Source of the DNA: an uncultured Acidobacteriaceae bacterium
GTDB lineage: Bacteria > Acidobacteriota > Terriglobia > Bryobacterales > Bryobacteraceae
Assembly (NCBI GenBank): GCA_963737045.1
Contig: CAVTRG010000002.1
Location: 284,858 to 348,857, forward strand
DNA length: 64,000 bases
Direction of reading: 5' to 3'
Shown: one piece after another, positions 36,645 to 47,013 of the stretch
Layout of the letters: every line of letters starts with the position of its first letter
Numbering within the stretch: the first letter of the stretch is position 1
Notes under the pieces: generated by a model
Databases searched by the model: none
Told to the model about the DNA's origin: nothing
Seen by the model: only the letters and a program-made list of their open reading frames with translations
Program-made: the position numbers and the translations under genes

Positions 36645-39215
36645 ATGACGCCCGAGCCAACTACTCCACTGATGCGGCAGTATCAGGCCGCCAAACAGCA
36701 GGTCCCCGGCACCCTTCTGTTGTTCCGGCTGGGCGATTTTTATGAGCTTTTCTTCGAAGATGCCGTGACAGCGGCTCGCGAACTCGAAATCACGCTGACA
36801 TCGCGCAACAAAGAGCGCGGAGAGCCCGTACCCATGTGCGGCGTCCCCTATCACGCGGCTGACAGCTACATTTCTAGGCTGATCCAGCGCGGTTATCGCG
36901 TTGCAATCTGCGAGCAGATGGAAGAAGCGGGACCCGGGAAAAAACTCGTGCGTCGGGAAGTCACCCGCATCGTTACTCCCGGAACAGCGACCGAATCCAG
37001 TCTTCTCCGTTCTCACGAGAATAACTATCTTGCCGCCGTCTTCAGCAAAGCAGGCCGGGCCGGTCTCGCTTACGTTGATCTTTCCACTGGCGAATTCCGA
37101 ACCACGGAAACCGACACAGCCGAGGTGGTGCCCGCTCTCGAGACGTTGAACGTGCGCGAGGTGCTACACCCCGACGGACACCCGGTTGCAGCCTCATGTC
37201 TCGAGACCGCCCTTGACGCCTGGATTTTTGGAGCGGATTACGCTGGCCGCCTAATCCTTGAGACTTTCGGGCTGCTTTCTCTCGATGGCTGTGGACTGGG
37301 CGACAAGCCGTTCGCGGTCGCCGCCGCGGGCGCCGTACTGCATTATCTTCGAGAAACCCAACGGGCCGCGCTCGGACATTTGAATCGCCCATCTTTCTAC
37401 GAGCGCCAGGATCACATGGTGCTCGATGCAGCGACTGTGCGAAATCTGGAGCTCTTGGAGCCTCTTTTTGCCGGTGAAAGTCGCGAGATCACGCTGATCT
37501 ATGTGCTGGATAAGACCTCGACCGGCATGGGCGGGCGTCTCTTGCGCAGGAGAATGCTTCAACCATCACGCGATCAAGTGCAAATCGAGGTACGTCTGGA
37601 TGCTGTCGCGGAGCTTAGCAGTAAATTCATCGCGCGCGGCGAGCTGCGCAAAGCGCTCGGCTTGATTCAGGATCTGGAACGGCTCCTAGCTAAAGTGACA
37701 CTCGGCACAGCTACGCCGCGGGATGTGCTTGCGCTCGGCAATTCGCTGGCACAGTTACCGCGTATCGCAACGCTTGTAGCACCGCTTGAGAGCCCTGGCT
37801 TGCGCTCGGAGATCGATCCCGTTTCAGAGGTTCGGGATAGAATTCTCAACGCTCTCTCGGATCAACCGCCCGTGAACTTGATTGACGGCGGGGCAATTCG
37901 TGACGGTTTTGACCGGCAACTCGACGAGCTGCGCGATATCAGACGCAATAGCCGGCAATATATCGCGGCCATTGAAGCGCGAGAGCGGAGCGCGACTGGT
38001 ATTCAGTCGTTGAAAGTTCGTTTCAACAATGTATTCGGCTATTACCTGGAAATCTCGAAGGCGAACTTGGCACTGGCCCCAGCAAGCTATGAACGAAAAC
38101 AGACGCTTGCCAATGCGGAGCGCTTCACGACACCGGAATTGAAGGAACTCGAAGCTAAGGTGCTCGCTGCCGAAGATCAAATCCTCACGCTCGAGCGGGA
38201 AATTTTTCAACAGGTCCGCGCCTTCGCTGCCGAGCACGCTTCTCGAATCAAAGCTGCAGCTTCAGCCATCGGAGAATTAGATGTTTTCGCGACTCTGGCT
38301 GAAGTTGCGATAGAGAACCGATACACTCGGCCGCGGTTCTCGGATTCCGGTGAGATGCGAATCGACGCCGGACGTCACCCGGTAATTGAAAAATTGACGG
38401 AACGGGATGCAATCCGGTTCATACCAAACGATCTGTACTTGCACTCGTCAAAAGAGTATATAGGCGTAATCACCGGACCCAATATGGGCGGCAAGTCGAC
38501 CTATCTTCGCCAAGCGGCTTTGATTTTGATTTTGGCGCAGATGGGCTCGTTCGTACCGGCGGAAGCCGCGCTGGTGCCCATCGTCGATCGGGTTTTTACT
38601 CGTATCGGGGCGGCTGACAATTTGGCTCGTGGACGCTCTACCTTTATGGTCGAAATGACAGAAGCTGCCGCCATTCTCAATACGGCAACTCCCCACAGCT
38701 TTATCGTTTTAGATGAAATCGGACGGGGCACGTCAACCTATGACGGACTGGCCCTCGCCTGGGCCATGGTGGAGCACATTCACGATCACACTAAGGCAAA
38801 AACACTATTTGCCACCCATTATCACGAGCTTGTCGACCTAGCAGAACAACTAGTCGGAGTAAGAAATTTACATGTCTCAGTAAAGGAGCTGGGCGACCGT
38901 ATCCTGTTCATAAGAAAGGTGGAACCAGGTCCGGCAGACCGCAGCTATGGCATCGAAGTGGCCCGTTTGGCGGGTTTGCCCGTGCAAGTAATCGAGCGGG
39001 CGAGGTCTGTTTTATTGCATCATGAAAGAAGGGAAAACTCTCTTACCGAGGAGTTAACCCCGGGCGATGCTAACGCGCCCCTACAAATTAAACTTTTTGA
39101 GCCTGTAAATCAGGGGCTCGCCGATCGGGTGCGGGCGTTGAATATCAACGAGCTGCGGCCGGTTGAAGCATTGCAGATTCTGCAAGATTTGCAGCAAGAG
39201 TTGCTAAAGAGATGA
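36645..39215 (+). CDS. mutS: DNA mismatch repair protein MutS
   Basis: N-terminal TPLMRQYQAAK...LLFRLGDFYELFFEDA mismatch-binding motif. Walker A GPNMGGKSTYLRQ. Walker B/signature region LDEIGRGTSTYDG. Confidence 0.96.
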   Translation: MTPEPTTPLMRQYQAAKQQVPGTLLLFRLGDFYELFFEDAVTAARELEITLTSRNKERGEPVPMCGVPYHAADSYISRLIQRGYRVAICEQMEEAGPGKKLVRREVTRIVTPGTATESSLLRSHENNYLAAVFSKAGRAGLAYVDLSTGEFRTTETDTAEVVPALETLNVREVLHPDGHPVAASCLETALDAWIFGADYAGRLILETFGLLSLDGCGLGDKPFAVAAAGAVLHYLRETQRAALGHLNRPSFYERQDHMVLDAATVRNLELLEPLFAGESREITLIYVLDKTSTGMGGRLLRRRMLQPSRDQVQIEVRLDAVAELSSKFIARGELRKALGLIQDLERLLAKVTLGTATPRDVLALGNSLAQLPRIATLVAPLESPGLRSEIDPVSEVRDRILNALSDQPPVNLIDGGAIRDGFDRQLDELRDIRRNSRQYIAAIEARERSATGIQSLKVRFNNVFGYYLEISKANLALAPASYERKQTLANAERFTTPELKELEAKVLAAEDQILTLEREIFQQVRAFAAEHASRIKAAASAIGELDVFATLAEVAIENRYTRPRFSDSGEMRIDAGRHPVIEKLTERDAIRFIPNDLYLHSSKEYIGVITGPNMGGKSTYLRQAALILILAQMGSFVPAEAALVPIVDRVFTRIGAADNLARGRSTFMVEMTEAAAILNTATPHSFIVLDEIGRGTSTYDGLALAWAMVEHIHDHTKAKTLFATHYHELVDLAEQLVGVRNLHVSVKELGDRILFIRKVEPGPADRSYGIEVARLAGLPVQVIERARSVLLHHERRENSLTEELTPGDANAPLQIKLFEPVNQGLADRVRALNINELRPVEALQILQDLQQELLKR

Positions 39216-40498
39216 GAATAGCAGGAATAATGAGCGGGACTTCGCTCGACGGAATCGATGTAGCGATCATCGACATTACCGGATCGGGCTTCAAATCCAA
39301 AGTGAATGTTCTAACGAGTCACTCGGTCCCTTACCCCAAGAGTATTCGTGAGGCGCTGATGGCAGTTTCAAACGCGAGCGCCCAAACAGGAGATATTTCG
39401 CGCCTGAACTTCGTGCTCGGCGAGTTATACGTCGAGGCGCTCGAGGAGACGGCTGAGCGCGGCGGCGTTCCGCTTGACTCGATCAAGCTGATCGGCTGCC
39501 ACGGCCAGACTATTTTTCACGAGGGACAAGGATCGCAATACCTTGGGAAAAGGGTCGCAAGCACATTTCAGATTGGCGAATCGAGCGTCATCACAGAGCG
39601 CACGGGCATTGATGTGATCTCGAATTTCCGCGAGCGCGACGTGGCCGCTGGCGGAAAGGGAGCGCCTCTCGTTCCTTACCTCGACTACATGTTGATCCGG
39701 CACCGCGGGCGCGGGCGCGTTGCGGTGAACATCGGCGGGATCGCCAATTTGACTGCGATTCCCCCGAATACCAATACCGATCGTGTGATTGCGTTCGATA
39801 CCGGTCCGGGCAATATGGTCATTGATCAGCTCGTTTCCCGTATCACGCTCGGACAGCAGACCTTCGATCGTGACGGTGTGATCGCGGCAACCGGCGAAAT
39901 CGATCAGAAGCTGTTGGCCAAATTGCTGCGCGACAAGTATTTCCGCCAGAAGCCCCCGAAGACCGCGGGCCGCGAGCAGTATGGGTCTGAATTCGTCAGC
40001 AAACTGCTCGATACGGAGCTCAGCAGTGAGGATCTAATCGCGACGGCGACTGCCTTAACCGCCGAGAGTATCGCGCTTGGCGTTCGAAACTTCGTTTTGC
40101 CGGTGATGCGCGTAGATGAAATTTTCGTTTCGGGCGGCGGCACTCATAACCCGACGCTGATGCGTATGCTCCGCAAGGCGATGGATACGGTTCCCGTCAT
40201 GGAAACCACGGAAGTGGGACTGGACGTGGACGCGAAGGAAGCCATCGCGTTCGCGGTGATGGCCTACGAAACGGCGCATTCACGGCCTTCGAATGTACCG
40301 ATGGCGACCGGAGCAAAGCGGTCGGTCGTGCTTGGAAAGCTCACTCCTAACGGTCCTGCTCGCAACGGGACGAACGGGACGGCGAACGGAACAACGCGCA
40401 GCGCATCCGGCAACGCGACTCACAAAGCGAAAGCGACACATACTACAAAAGTGACGCGGCCCGCTGTGGCGCAGAAGGCGAAAGCCGCAGCGCGGTAA
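39212..40498 (+). CDS. anmK: anhydro-N-acetylmuramic acid kinase with a basic C-terminal tail of about 60 aa
   Basis: 4-nt ATGA overlap with the mutS stop. Blocks GIMSGTSLDGIDVA, GCHGQTIFH, NIGGIANLT and DTGPGNMVID. Tail NGTNGTANGTTRSASGNATHKAKATHTTKVTRPAVAQKAKAAAR. Confidence 0.9.
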   Translation: MRIAGIMSGTSLDGIDVAIIDITGSGFKSKVNVLTSHSVPYPKSIREALMAVSNASAQTGDISRLNFVLGELYVEALEETAERGGVPLDSIKLIGCHGQTIFHEGQGSQYLGKRVASTFQIGESSVITERTGIDVISNFRERDVAAGGKGAPLVPYLDYMLIRHRGRGRVAVNIGGIANLTAIPPNTNTDRVIAFDTGPGNMVIDQLVSRITLGQQTFDRDGVIAATGEIDQKLLAKLLRDKYFRQKPPKTAGREQYGSEFVSKLLDTELSSEDLIATATALTAESIALGVRNFVLPVMRVDEIFVSGGGTHNPTLMRMLRKAMDTVPVMETTEVGLDVDAKEAIAFAVMAYETAHSRPSNVPMATGAKRSVVLGKLTPNGPARNGTNGTANGTTRSASGNATHKAKATHTTKVTRPAVAQKAKAAAR

Positions 40499-40517
40499 AC
40501 AAAAAATATATCCGAAC

Positions 40518-40550
40518 AAAGCGGGATACCCTTAAAGGCATCCCGCTTTT
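40518..40550 (+). terminator. rho-independent terminator after anmK
   Basis: AAAGCGGGAT - 12-nt loop - ATCCCGCTTT, followed by a T, 20 nt after the anmK stop. Confidence 0.6.
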
Positions 40551-40573
40551 CCGTTTCTGGGCCGATGTTGTTG

Positions 40574-40607
40574 TTGACATCCTACACTAGGGTACTTTAT
40601 AGTGTAG
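40574..40607 (+). promoter_or_regulatory. sigma70-like promoter overlapped by an 8-bp inverted repeat, candidate PadR operator
   Basis: TTGACA (40574-40579), 18-nt spacer, TATAGT (40598-40603). CTACACTA (40582-40589) and TAGTGTAG (40600-40607) are exact reverse complements separated by 10 nt. The padR ATG is at 40620. Confidence 0.45.
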
Positions 40608-40619
40608 CCAGTCGACATC

Positions 40620-40955
40620 ATGACAGAGGAATCGCGGCTTGATCTTCTGCAAGGTACGCTTGACCTGTTGATTCTACGTACGTTGCAAACCGGTCCAATG
40701 CATGGTTGGGCCATTTCGGAACGTATTCAACAGATCTCGCAGGAGGTCTTGCAAGTAAACCAGGGTTCACTTTACCCGGCGCTTCACAGGCTAGAGCACC
40801 AAGGCTGGGTCAAGGCGGAATGGGGCGTCTCGGAATTGGGCCGACGCGCGCGATTTTACAAGCTGACCACTTCAGGGCGCAAACAACTGGAACTGGAAAC
40901 CAGCAACTGGGTGCGCCTGACAGCCGCGATCGGTCGCGTACTCGAGGAGGCCTGA
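40620..40955 (+). CDS. PadR family transcriptional regulator (acidobacterial type that precedes ADOP permeases)
   Basis: Block [82 protein letters not shown]. Confidence 0.9.
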   Translation: MTEESRLDLLQGTLDLLILRTLQTGPMHGWAISERIQQISQEVLQVNQGSLYPALHRLEHQGWVKAEWGVSELGRRARFYKLTTSGRKQLELETSNWVRLTAAIGRVLEEA

Positions 40956-40956
40956 A

Positions 40957-43627
40957 ATGAATCTTCGCGATCTCCTCTTGCGTTCAAGAGCTATTCTCGG
41001 ACGCCGCCAAATGGAGCACGAACTCGACGAAGAACTGCGGACGCACCTGGAACTGCAGATGCGGAAGCACCTCTTCTCTGGATCCAGTATTGGGGAAGCG
41101 CAGGCTAAGGCTCGGCGTGACTTTGGATCTGTCGAGCTAATGAAAGAGAACTGCCGCGATGCACGGCGCGTGAACCTAATCGACAATCTGCTCCAAGATC
41201 TTCGGTATGCGTTTCGCAGTATCCGAAGAGAGCCAGTGCTCATACTCGTAGCCTTGTTCACGCTTGCGATTTGCATAGCGGCAAACACGACGGTTTTCAG
41301 TATCGTGGATTCGGTAATGTTGCGTCCCCTTCCTTACCCTGCACCCGAGCGGCTTTATTGGCTGAGCGAGCGAATGGGCATGAACCAAGCCGAAGCGGCG
41401 CTCGCGGCTGATTATTACAGCCTTCGCGAAGAAAATCGCGTATTTGAAGACGTGGCCGCTTACGAACCCGGAACATCCAATTTAACCGGCATGGAGAGCC
41501 GGAGCAGCTGGACGCCGCCCGAGTATCACCATCATTCTTCAAAGTTCTGGCCACTCAGCCGCTCTTAGGGCGATATCTGGCCGAGAGCGAACAAGGAGTA
41601 ACCGCTCCCGATGTAATTGTCGTGAGCTATGGGTTCTGGCGTAGCCACCTGGGAAGCGATCCGCATGCGTTAGGGAAGACAATTTCCCTCGACGGTCTCG
41701 CGCATACGGTAATCGGAGTCATGCCGCAGGGTTTCGATTTTCCGACTGGCGCGCAATTTTGGAAGCCACTATCCATAGATGAAGCAAGCCAAAAGCCCAG
41801 ACGTGTCGACCGCCCCATGCGGATCGTAAACATCCTGGCGAGACTGAAGCAAGGGATTAAAGAGCAGCAGCTCAATACAGAGCTAGTTAGGCTGACTCAT
41901 TCCATCTATCGGGAATACCCTAAAGAGTTTGCGAGTTCAGGCTTTCTCAGAGGAATGCAAATTGGGGCGGTTCCGCTGCAAAGGGAGATGACCGGAGATC
42001 TGCGGCCGTCGCTGTTAGTGCTGAGCGGAGCGGTCGCGTTGGTGCTTCTGATTGCGTGTGCAAACCTGGCCAACCTTCTTCTCGCGCGCGCGGCGGTTCG
42101 TCAAAGAGAGCTAGCCGTGCGAATGGCCCTTGGTTCGGGAAGAGCGAGGATCGTCAAGCAGGTGCTGACAGAAAGTTTGGCGCTAGCGATCCCGGGCGGC
42201 ATCGTCGGCGTGAGTATCGCGTGTATCGCCGTCACAGTCTTGAATGCGTGGAAGCCGCTCGTAATCCAAAGCTACCCGCCGCTTACCCTCGATGTAAATA
42301 CGCTTGCGTTCAGCTTCGGTCTGACGTTTCTCACGGCCTTATTTTTTGGCATGGCTCCGGCCATGACGGCAGCACGGATCAGTATTCAAGACGCTCTTAA
42401 ATCCGCCGGTCTCACCCAGACGCGTAGCCGAACAGCGGCCCAGACGCGGCGCATGTTGGTCGTAACCGAGCTCGGAATATCGCTGATGCTGCTTATCAGT
42501 TCGGGATTGCTTGGCAGGAGCTTCTTTAAACTTGCAACCACACAACTCGGATTTACTGCCAATAATTTACTGACGCTCCGCTTCAATCTCACTGGTTCCC
42601 GCTACGCGACCGCACAGAACCAAACGCGGTTCTACGAGGAAGTACTGGGGCGGTTAAGCAGCTGCCCCAGGTAAAGCAGGCGGCCGCCTCGACCGACTTG
42701 CCTTTAAGCGGAGATGCTCGTTTCTATTTAGGCGCCCAATTTGAAGTGGCAGGCCGGCCACTGCCCATGGCACAACGCCCGTTGGCCCAGATCAGCGTGG
42801 TGAGTCGCGATTTCTTCAAAACGCTAGGTGTTCCCCTGCGCAGCGGTCGTATCTTCGACTCACAGGACACGAACCGCTCTCCCGACAATATCGTCGTCAA
42901 TGAGGCTTTTGCGAAGAGAATTTTCCCTAGCGAAAATCCGCTCAATCACCGAATTATTATAGGGCCGAACGTTCCCGTAAACTGGAGAATTGTCGGGGTC
43001 GTGGGCAGCATCCGGGCAGGACAACTTGGAGCGGAGGCGTCGCCCCTGATTTACCGGTGTCTTTGCCAGGGCGGCAGTTCCGAATTCTCACACACAGCCT
43101 TGCTTGTGCGCACGACTGGAGATCCACACCGCGTGGTCCGCGCGATTGAACGCCAGATCTATAGCGTCGATCGTAATGAGCCAGTATTTGATATTAAGAC
43201 GATGGAAGAAAAGGTTGACTGATTCGCTTGCCCCAGAGCGCTTCCGGTTATTGCTAATTGGAACGTTCACGGTTCTCGCCGTTCTACTCTCCGCGGTAGG
43301 TGTATACGGAGTTATGTCTTATCTGGTAACGCAACGTCGTCGCGAGATCGGCATCCGCATCGCAATGGGAGCCCGATCAGAACATGTGTTCCGCCTTGTG
43401 CTGGGAGAGAGCCTCTCCATGGCAATGCTCGCGGTCGTGGTCGGTCTGGTCGGCGCACTGGCGTCAATGCGCTTCCTGCGTTCGATGCTGTACGGTGTAA
43501 CTAGTGTGGACGCCGTAACATTCACCATCATGCCCTTCGTGCTTGTCGCCATTGCAGTCGGGCTTCACTAGTGCCCACGCTGAAAGCTTTGCAAACAGAT
43601 CCGACCGTGGCACTTCGGGAAGAATAG
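40957..43627 (+). pseudogene. ADOP-type duplicated permease disrupted by four frameshifts
   Basis: Family-typical sequence continues across five reading-frame segments (frames 1, 0, 2, 0, 2). ..NLTG | EPEQLDAARVSPSFFKVLATQPLLGRYL.. switches near 41488-41497. ..FYEEVL | AVKQLPQVKQAAASTDLPLSG.. switches near 42645-42653 (G run). ..FDIKTMEE | RLTDSLAPERFRLLLIGTF.. switches near 43207-43214 (A run). ..VAIAVG | ASLVPTLKALQTDPTVALREE* switches near 43555-43565, with the stop at 43625-43627. Confidence 0.8.
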
Positions 43628-43641
43628 CTTCCCTCACCGTG

Positions 43642-46600
43642 TTACATTCGCCGCTCGGCTTCGGCGTCGAGCAGATGCAGGATCAAGCGGAACGGCATGC
43701 CTGCGAGATCGCGCTTGTTGCTGATATCGTCGCGGATATCGAGGAGAGCGCGTTCGAGTAAATTAACAGCGAGCAATAACTGCTGTTGTGCTTCCGAAAC
43801 CGGCAAATAGGGAGCACCTTTGGCTGCGTTCCAGTAACCGCGGAGAAAAGCAGCACTCACGTGTGAGTACCAGAAGCGCCCCCACACTCTAAGCTTCTGT
43901 AGAGCCGCTGTCTCGTTACGCTCACCCGTAGCTAACTGGCGTGCTGAGGATTGCGCCGCATAACCGAACGAAACGAGCATGCTCGCGACATCTCGAAGCG
44001 GGCAACGCTTAATCCGCCGCTCGCTAATAGGCAGATCCGGATCGCCAGCGAAATCAAACATCGACACATCACCGTCAGTCACGAGAAAGTGGCCGAGATG
44101 AAGACGGCCATTGTAGCGAGTCCGCATAGACGCGATACGCTGATCGAAAATAGCCCGAAAACGCGAGATGATCGCGTCTTCCTGCTCGAGGACTTTGGCC
44201 GCAAGCACTCGAAGAAACTCGGTCATGTCCGAATAGCGCTGACGCAGAAACTCGAACCGACGGCTCGTCAGTGCGACATAACTGTGGTATAGACTCTGGC
44301 GGTAGAAGTCGTTGAAGGGTTCGGGCGCAAAAGCTGGGTCGGAAGAATCGTGCGCCAATATCAGATGGAATTCGGCGGTGCGTTTCCCCATGATCTGTGC
44401 GAGCGAGAGATATGCCCCGATCAGGTCTTTCGCGAGCGCGGGTGGCTCGGCGAGAGCAAAATTTAGCGCATAAAAGTTCGTGGGAGCTGAAGTCTCGACC
44501 TCGAGCCTCGAGTGCTTCGACTGCTGGACGGTGTCGAAAAAGGCCGTCAAGTCATCCCTAGTGTGCCTCCAGGCGTCGCCTCTGTTCCGGACAAAGCCGT
44601 GGAGGACAGCGAACGCGCTGCGTTCGCCCGCTTCGAGCGTGTATTCAAGAGAGCCAGCGAACGGAACAGCATAGGGAAACGGATGCTGCTCGGTTAAAAG
44701 CTGGCCCATCTCGACTTCGGGATGAGGGCCGAGCTGAACGCTACGCAGAAGCTTAAGCACGAAGCGATCCCCAAAGCGGATGGAAGTATTGACCTCAGAG
44801 GCGGCCTCATGCGTGGGTTCCAGGTTCGGATGAGTCGATCCCCAGAGACGGCGAAACTCACGGTTGCGCTCGGCAACTAGGACACCAGATTCACCTACAA
44901 AACGCTTGCGCCGTGCAAAAGCTTCAAGCAGCAAGCTCGAAAACTCATCGCTCGCTGTCGCATCATACAGAAACGTGCGTGTGCCATCAGAAGCGCGTAT
45001 CTCGGCGATTAAAGCTTCCGGATGCTCATCCTGAAGTAGTTGCGCTTCATCGCCACGCGCGGATCCGACCGGTAGCAGATACGTCTCCGGATCGCCCACC
45101 GTATATTCGACCCGGACCAGCAACACAACGTATCTGTTGTGTGAAATGGGCACGACTTCCCTGATTTCGATCGAGCGAAATCGGCGATCTTTACTGCGAA
45201 ACCAACGCCGCGACGTCAGGAATCTCGGCAGAATCGCTGCAATATTAACCCGAACCGCCGCGTCCCAAATGCTCGCTAATTCCTGGACGGCGACGATCGG
45301 TACTCCCAAATGCCCGGTGTGCACTCGTTGAGCAGAAATCGGAAGGGCAGCCGCCCGTGGCTCCAGTGAAAACCAATAAAACGAGTTTGGCCCTAGCGTT
45401 AAGGGATAAGCACGGTCACCGATAACCGGGAAATCCGTCCGCCCGAACATCTCCACAGGTGTGCAGCCGGTATATCTGTGTAGATCGAGTTCGACAGGTT
45501 GGGCAAATCGCGACAGGTTTGCAATGACCAGAATGGACTCTTGCTCATACCGCCTGATAAAGACGATTACGCGCTGGTTCGGCGGCTGCAGAAATTCAAG
45601 AGTCCCGCGGCCGAATGCCTTGTACTGCTTGCGCAGGGCAATCAAACGCTTCATCCAGCTCAGCAATGAATGCGGATTGTCTTGCTGCGCCTCGACATTG
45701 ATGGATTCGTAATGATAGGCGGGATCGATATTGACGGGCAGGTACAACTTCTGCGGATTGGCGGACGAAAACCCGGCATTGCGATCTGGGCTCCACTGCA
45801 TGGGTGTACGAACGCCGTTTCGATCTCCGAGATACACGTTGTCACCCATTCCGATCTCATCGCCGTAATAGATCACGGGGGTGCCGGGGAGCGAAAACAA
45901 GAGTGCATTCATGACCTCGATGCGGGGGCGATCATTGCCGAGCAGCGGAGCGAGGCGGCGGCGAATACCGAGGTTGATGCGGGCGCGTTGATCGGCCGCG
46001 TACACGCGGTACATGTAGTCGCGTTCCTCATCGGTGACCATTTCAAGCGTGAGCTCATCGTGGTTGCGGAGGAACATGGCCCATTGGCATGTCTCCGGAA
46101 TTGTCGGCGTGCGACGAAGGATCTCAACTATTGGAAGGCGATCTTCAAGGCGCAGAGCCATGAATAAGCGCGGCATCAGAGGAAATTGGAAGGACACGTG
46201 GCACTCGTCTCCGCTCCCGAAATAAGCGACCGCATCTTCCGGCCACATGTTCGCCTCAGCTAAAAGCATGCGATTCGGATACTTTTCGTCGAGATGGCGG
46301 CGGAGCTCCTTCAAAAATGCGTGCGTCTCCGGAAGATTCTCACAATTCGTGCCTTCCCGCTCATAGAGGTATGGAATCGCATCGAGCCGGAATCCATCGA
46401 CACCCATCTCGGCCCAGAAATCGAGAGTGTGCATGACCGCACGCCGGACGACGGGATTATCGAAATTCAAATCAGGCTGGTGTGAGTAAAAGCGGTGCCA
46501 ATAATAAGCTTTTGCTACTGGATCCCAGCTCCAATTCGACGGCTCAAAATCCTTGAAAATAATACGAGTGCCTGCATACTTGTCGGGAGTATTGCTCCAA

Positions 46601-47013
46601 ACGTAGAAATCGCGCCAACGGGATCCGGGTTCAGCTTTTCTCGATCGCTGAAACCATTCGTGCTGATCGGAGGTGTGATTGATGACCAGCTCGGTGATGA
46701 CTCGCAGTCCACGGCGATGAGCTTCTCGCAAGAAGTTTTGGAAATCTCGCAAAGTGCCATATGCCGGATGCACGTTGCGAAAATCCGAGATGTCATAGCC
46801 GTCGTCCTTCCATGGCGAAGGACAAAACGGCAACAGCCAAATGGCGGTAACGCCTAAATCTTCGAGGTAATCTAGTTTCTCGGCGAGGCCGCGGAAATCT
46901 CCCATTCCGTCGGCATTTTTGTCAGAGAAGGCACGGACGTGGAGTTCATAAATGATTGCGTCTTTGTACCAGAGAGGATCATCTTCCAGCCCGCTGAGAA
47001 TTTGCGAGTGCAT
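43642..47013 (-). CDS. treS: bifunctional trehalose synthase (maltose alpha-D-glucosyltransferase) / maltokinase (TreS-Pep2 fusion)
   Basis: 1123 aa. The N-terminal GH13 TreS region has blocks WYKDAIIYELHVRAFSD, GVTAIWLLPF, VINHTSDQHEWF, GFRLDAIPYL and FLRNHDELTLEMV. The C-terminal half of about 520 aa resembles Pep2/Mak maltokinase. Confidence 0.93.
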   Translation of the reverse strand: MHSQILSGLEDDPLWYKDAIIYELHVRAFSDKNADGMGDFRGLAEKLDYLEDLGVTAIWLLPFCPSPWKDDGYDISDFRNVHPAYGTLRDFQNFLREAHRRGLRVITELVINHTSDQHEWFQRSRKAEPGSRWRDFYVWSNTPDKYAGTRIIFKDFEPSNWSWDPVAKAYYWHRFYSHQPDLNFDNPVVRRAVMHTLDFWAEMGVDGFRLDAIPYLYEREGTNCENLPETHAFLKELRRHLDEKYPNRMLLAEANMWPEDAVAYFGSGDECHVSFQFPLMPRLFMALRLEDRLPIVEILRRTPTIPETCQWAMFLRNHDELTLEMVTDEERDYMYRVYAADQRARINLGIRRRLAPLLGNDRPRIEVMNALLFSLPGTPVIYYGDEIGMGDNVYLGDRNGVRTPMQWSPDRNAGFSSANPQKLYLPVNIDPAYHYESINVEAQQDNPHSLLSWMKRLIALRKQYKAFGRGTLEFLQPPNQRVIVFIRRYEQESILVIANLSRFAQPVELDLHRYTGCTPVEMFGRTDFPVIGDRAYPLTLGPNSFYWFSLEPRAAALPISAQRVHTGHLGVPIVAVQELASIWDAAVRVNIAAILPRFLTSRRWFRSKDRRFRSIEIREVVPISHNRYVVLLVRVEYTVGDPETYLLPVGSARGDEAQLLQDEHPEALIAEIRASDGTRTFLYDATASDEFSSLLLEAFARRKRFVGESGVLVAERNREFRRLWGSTHPNLEPTHEAASEVNTSIRFGDRFVLKLLRSVQLGPHPEVEMGQLLTEQHPFPYAVPFAGSLEYTLEAGERSAFAVLHGFVRNRGDAWRHTRDDLTAFFDTVQQSKHSRLEVETSAPTNFYALNFALAEPPALAKDLIGAYLSLAQIMGKRTAEFHLILAHDSSDPAFAPEPFNDFYRQSLYHSYVALTSRRFEFLRQRYSDMTEFLRVLAAKVLEQEDAIISRFRAIFDQRIASMRTRYNGRLHLGHFLVTDGDVSMFDFAGDPDLPISERRIKRCPLRDVASMLVSFGYAAQSSARQLATGERNETAALQKLRVWGRFWYSHVSAAFLRGYWNAAKGAPYLPVSEAQQQLLLAVNLLERALLDIRDDISNKRDLAGMPFRLILHLLDAEAERRM

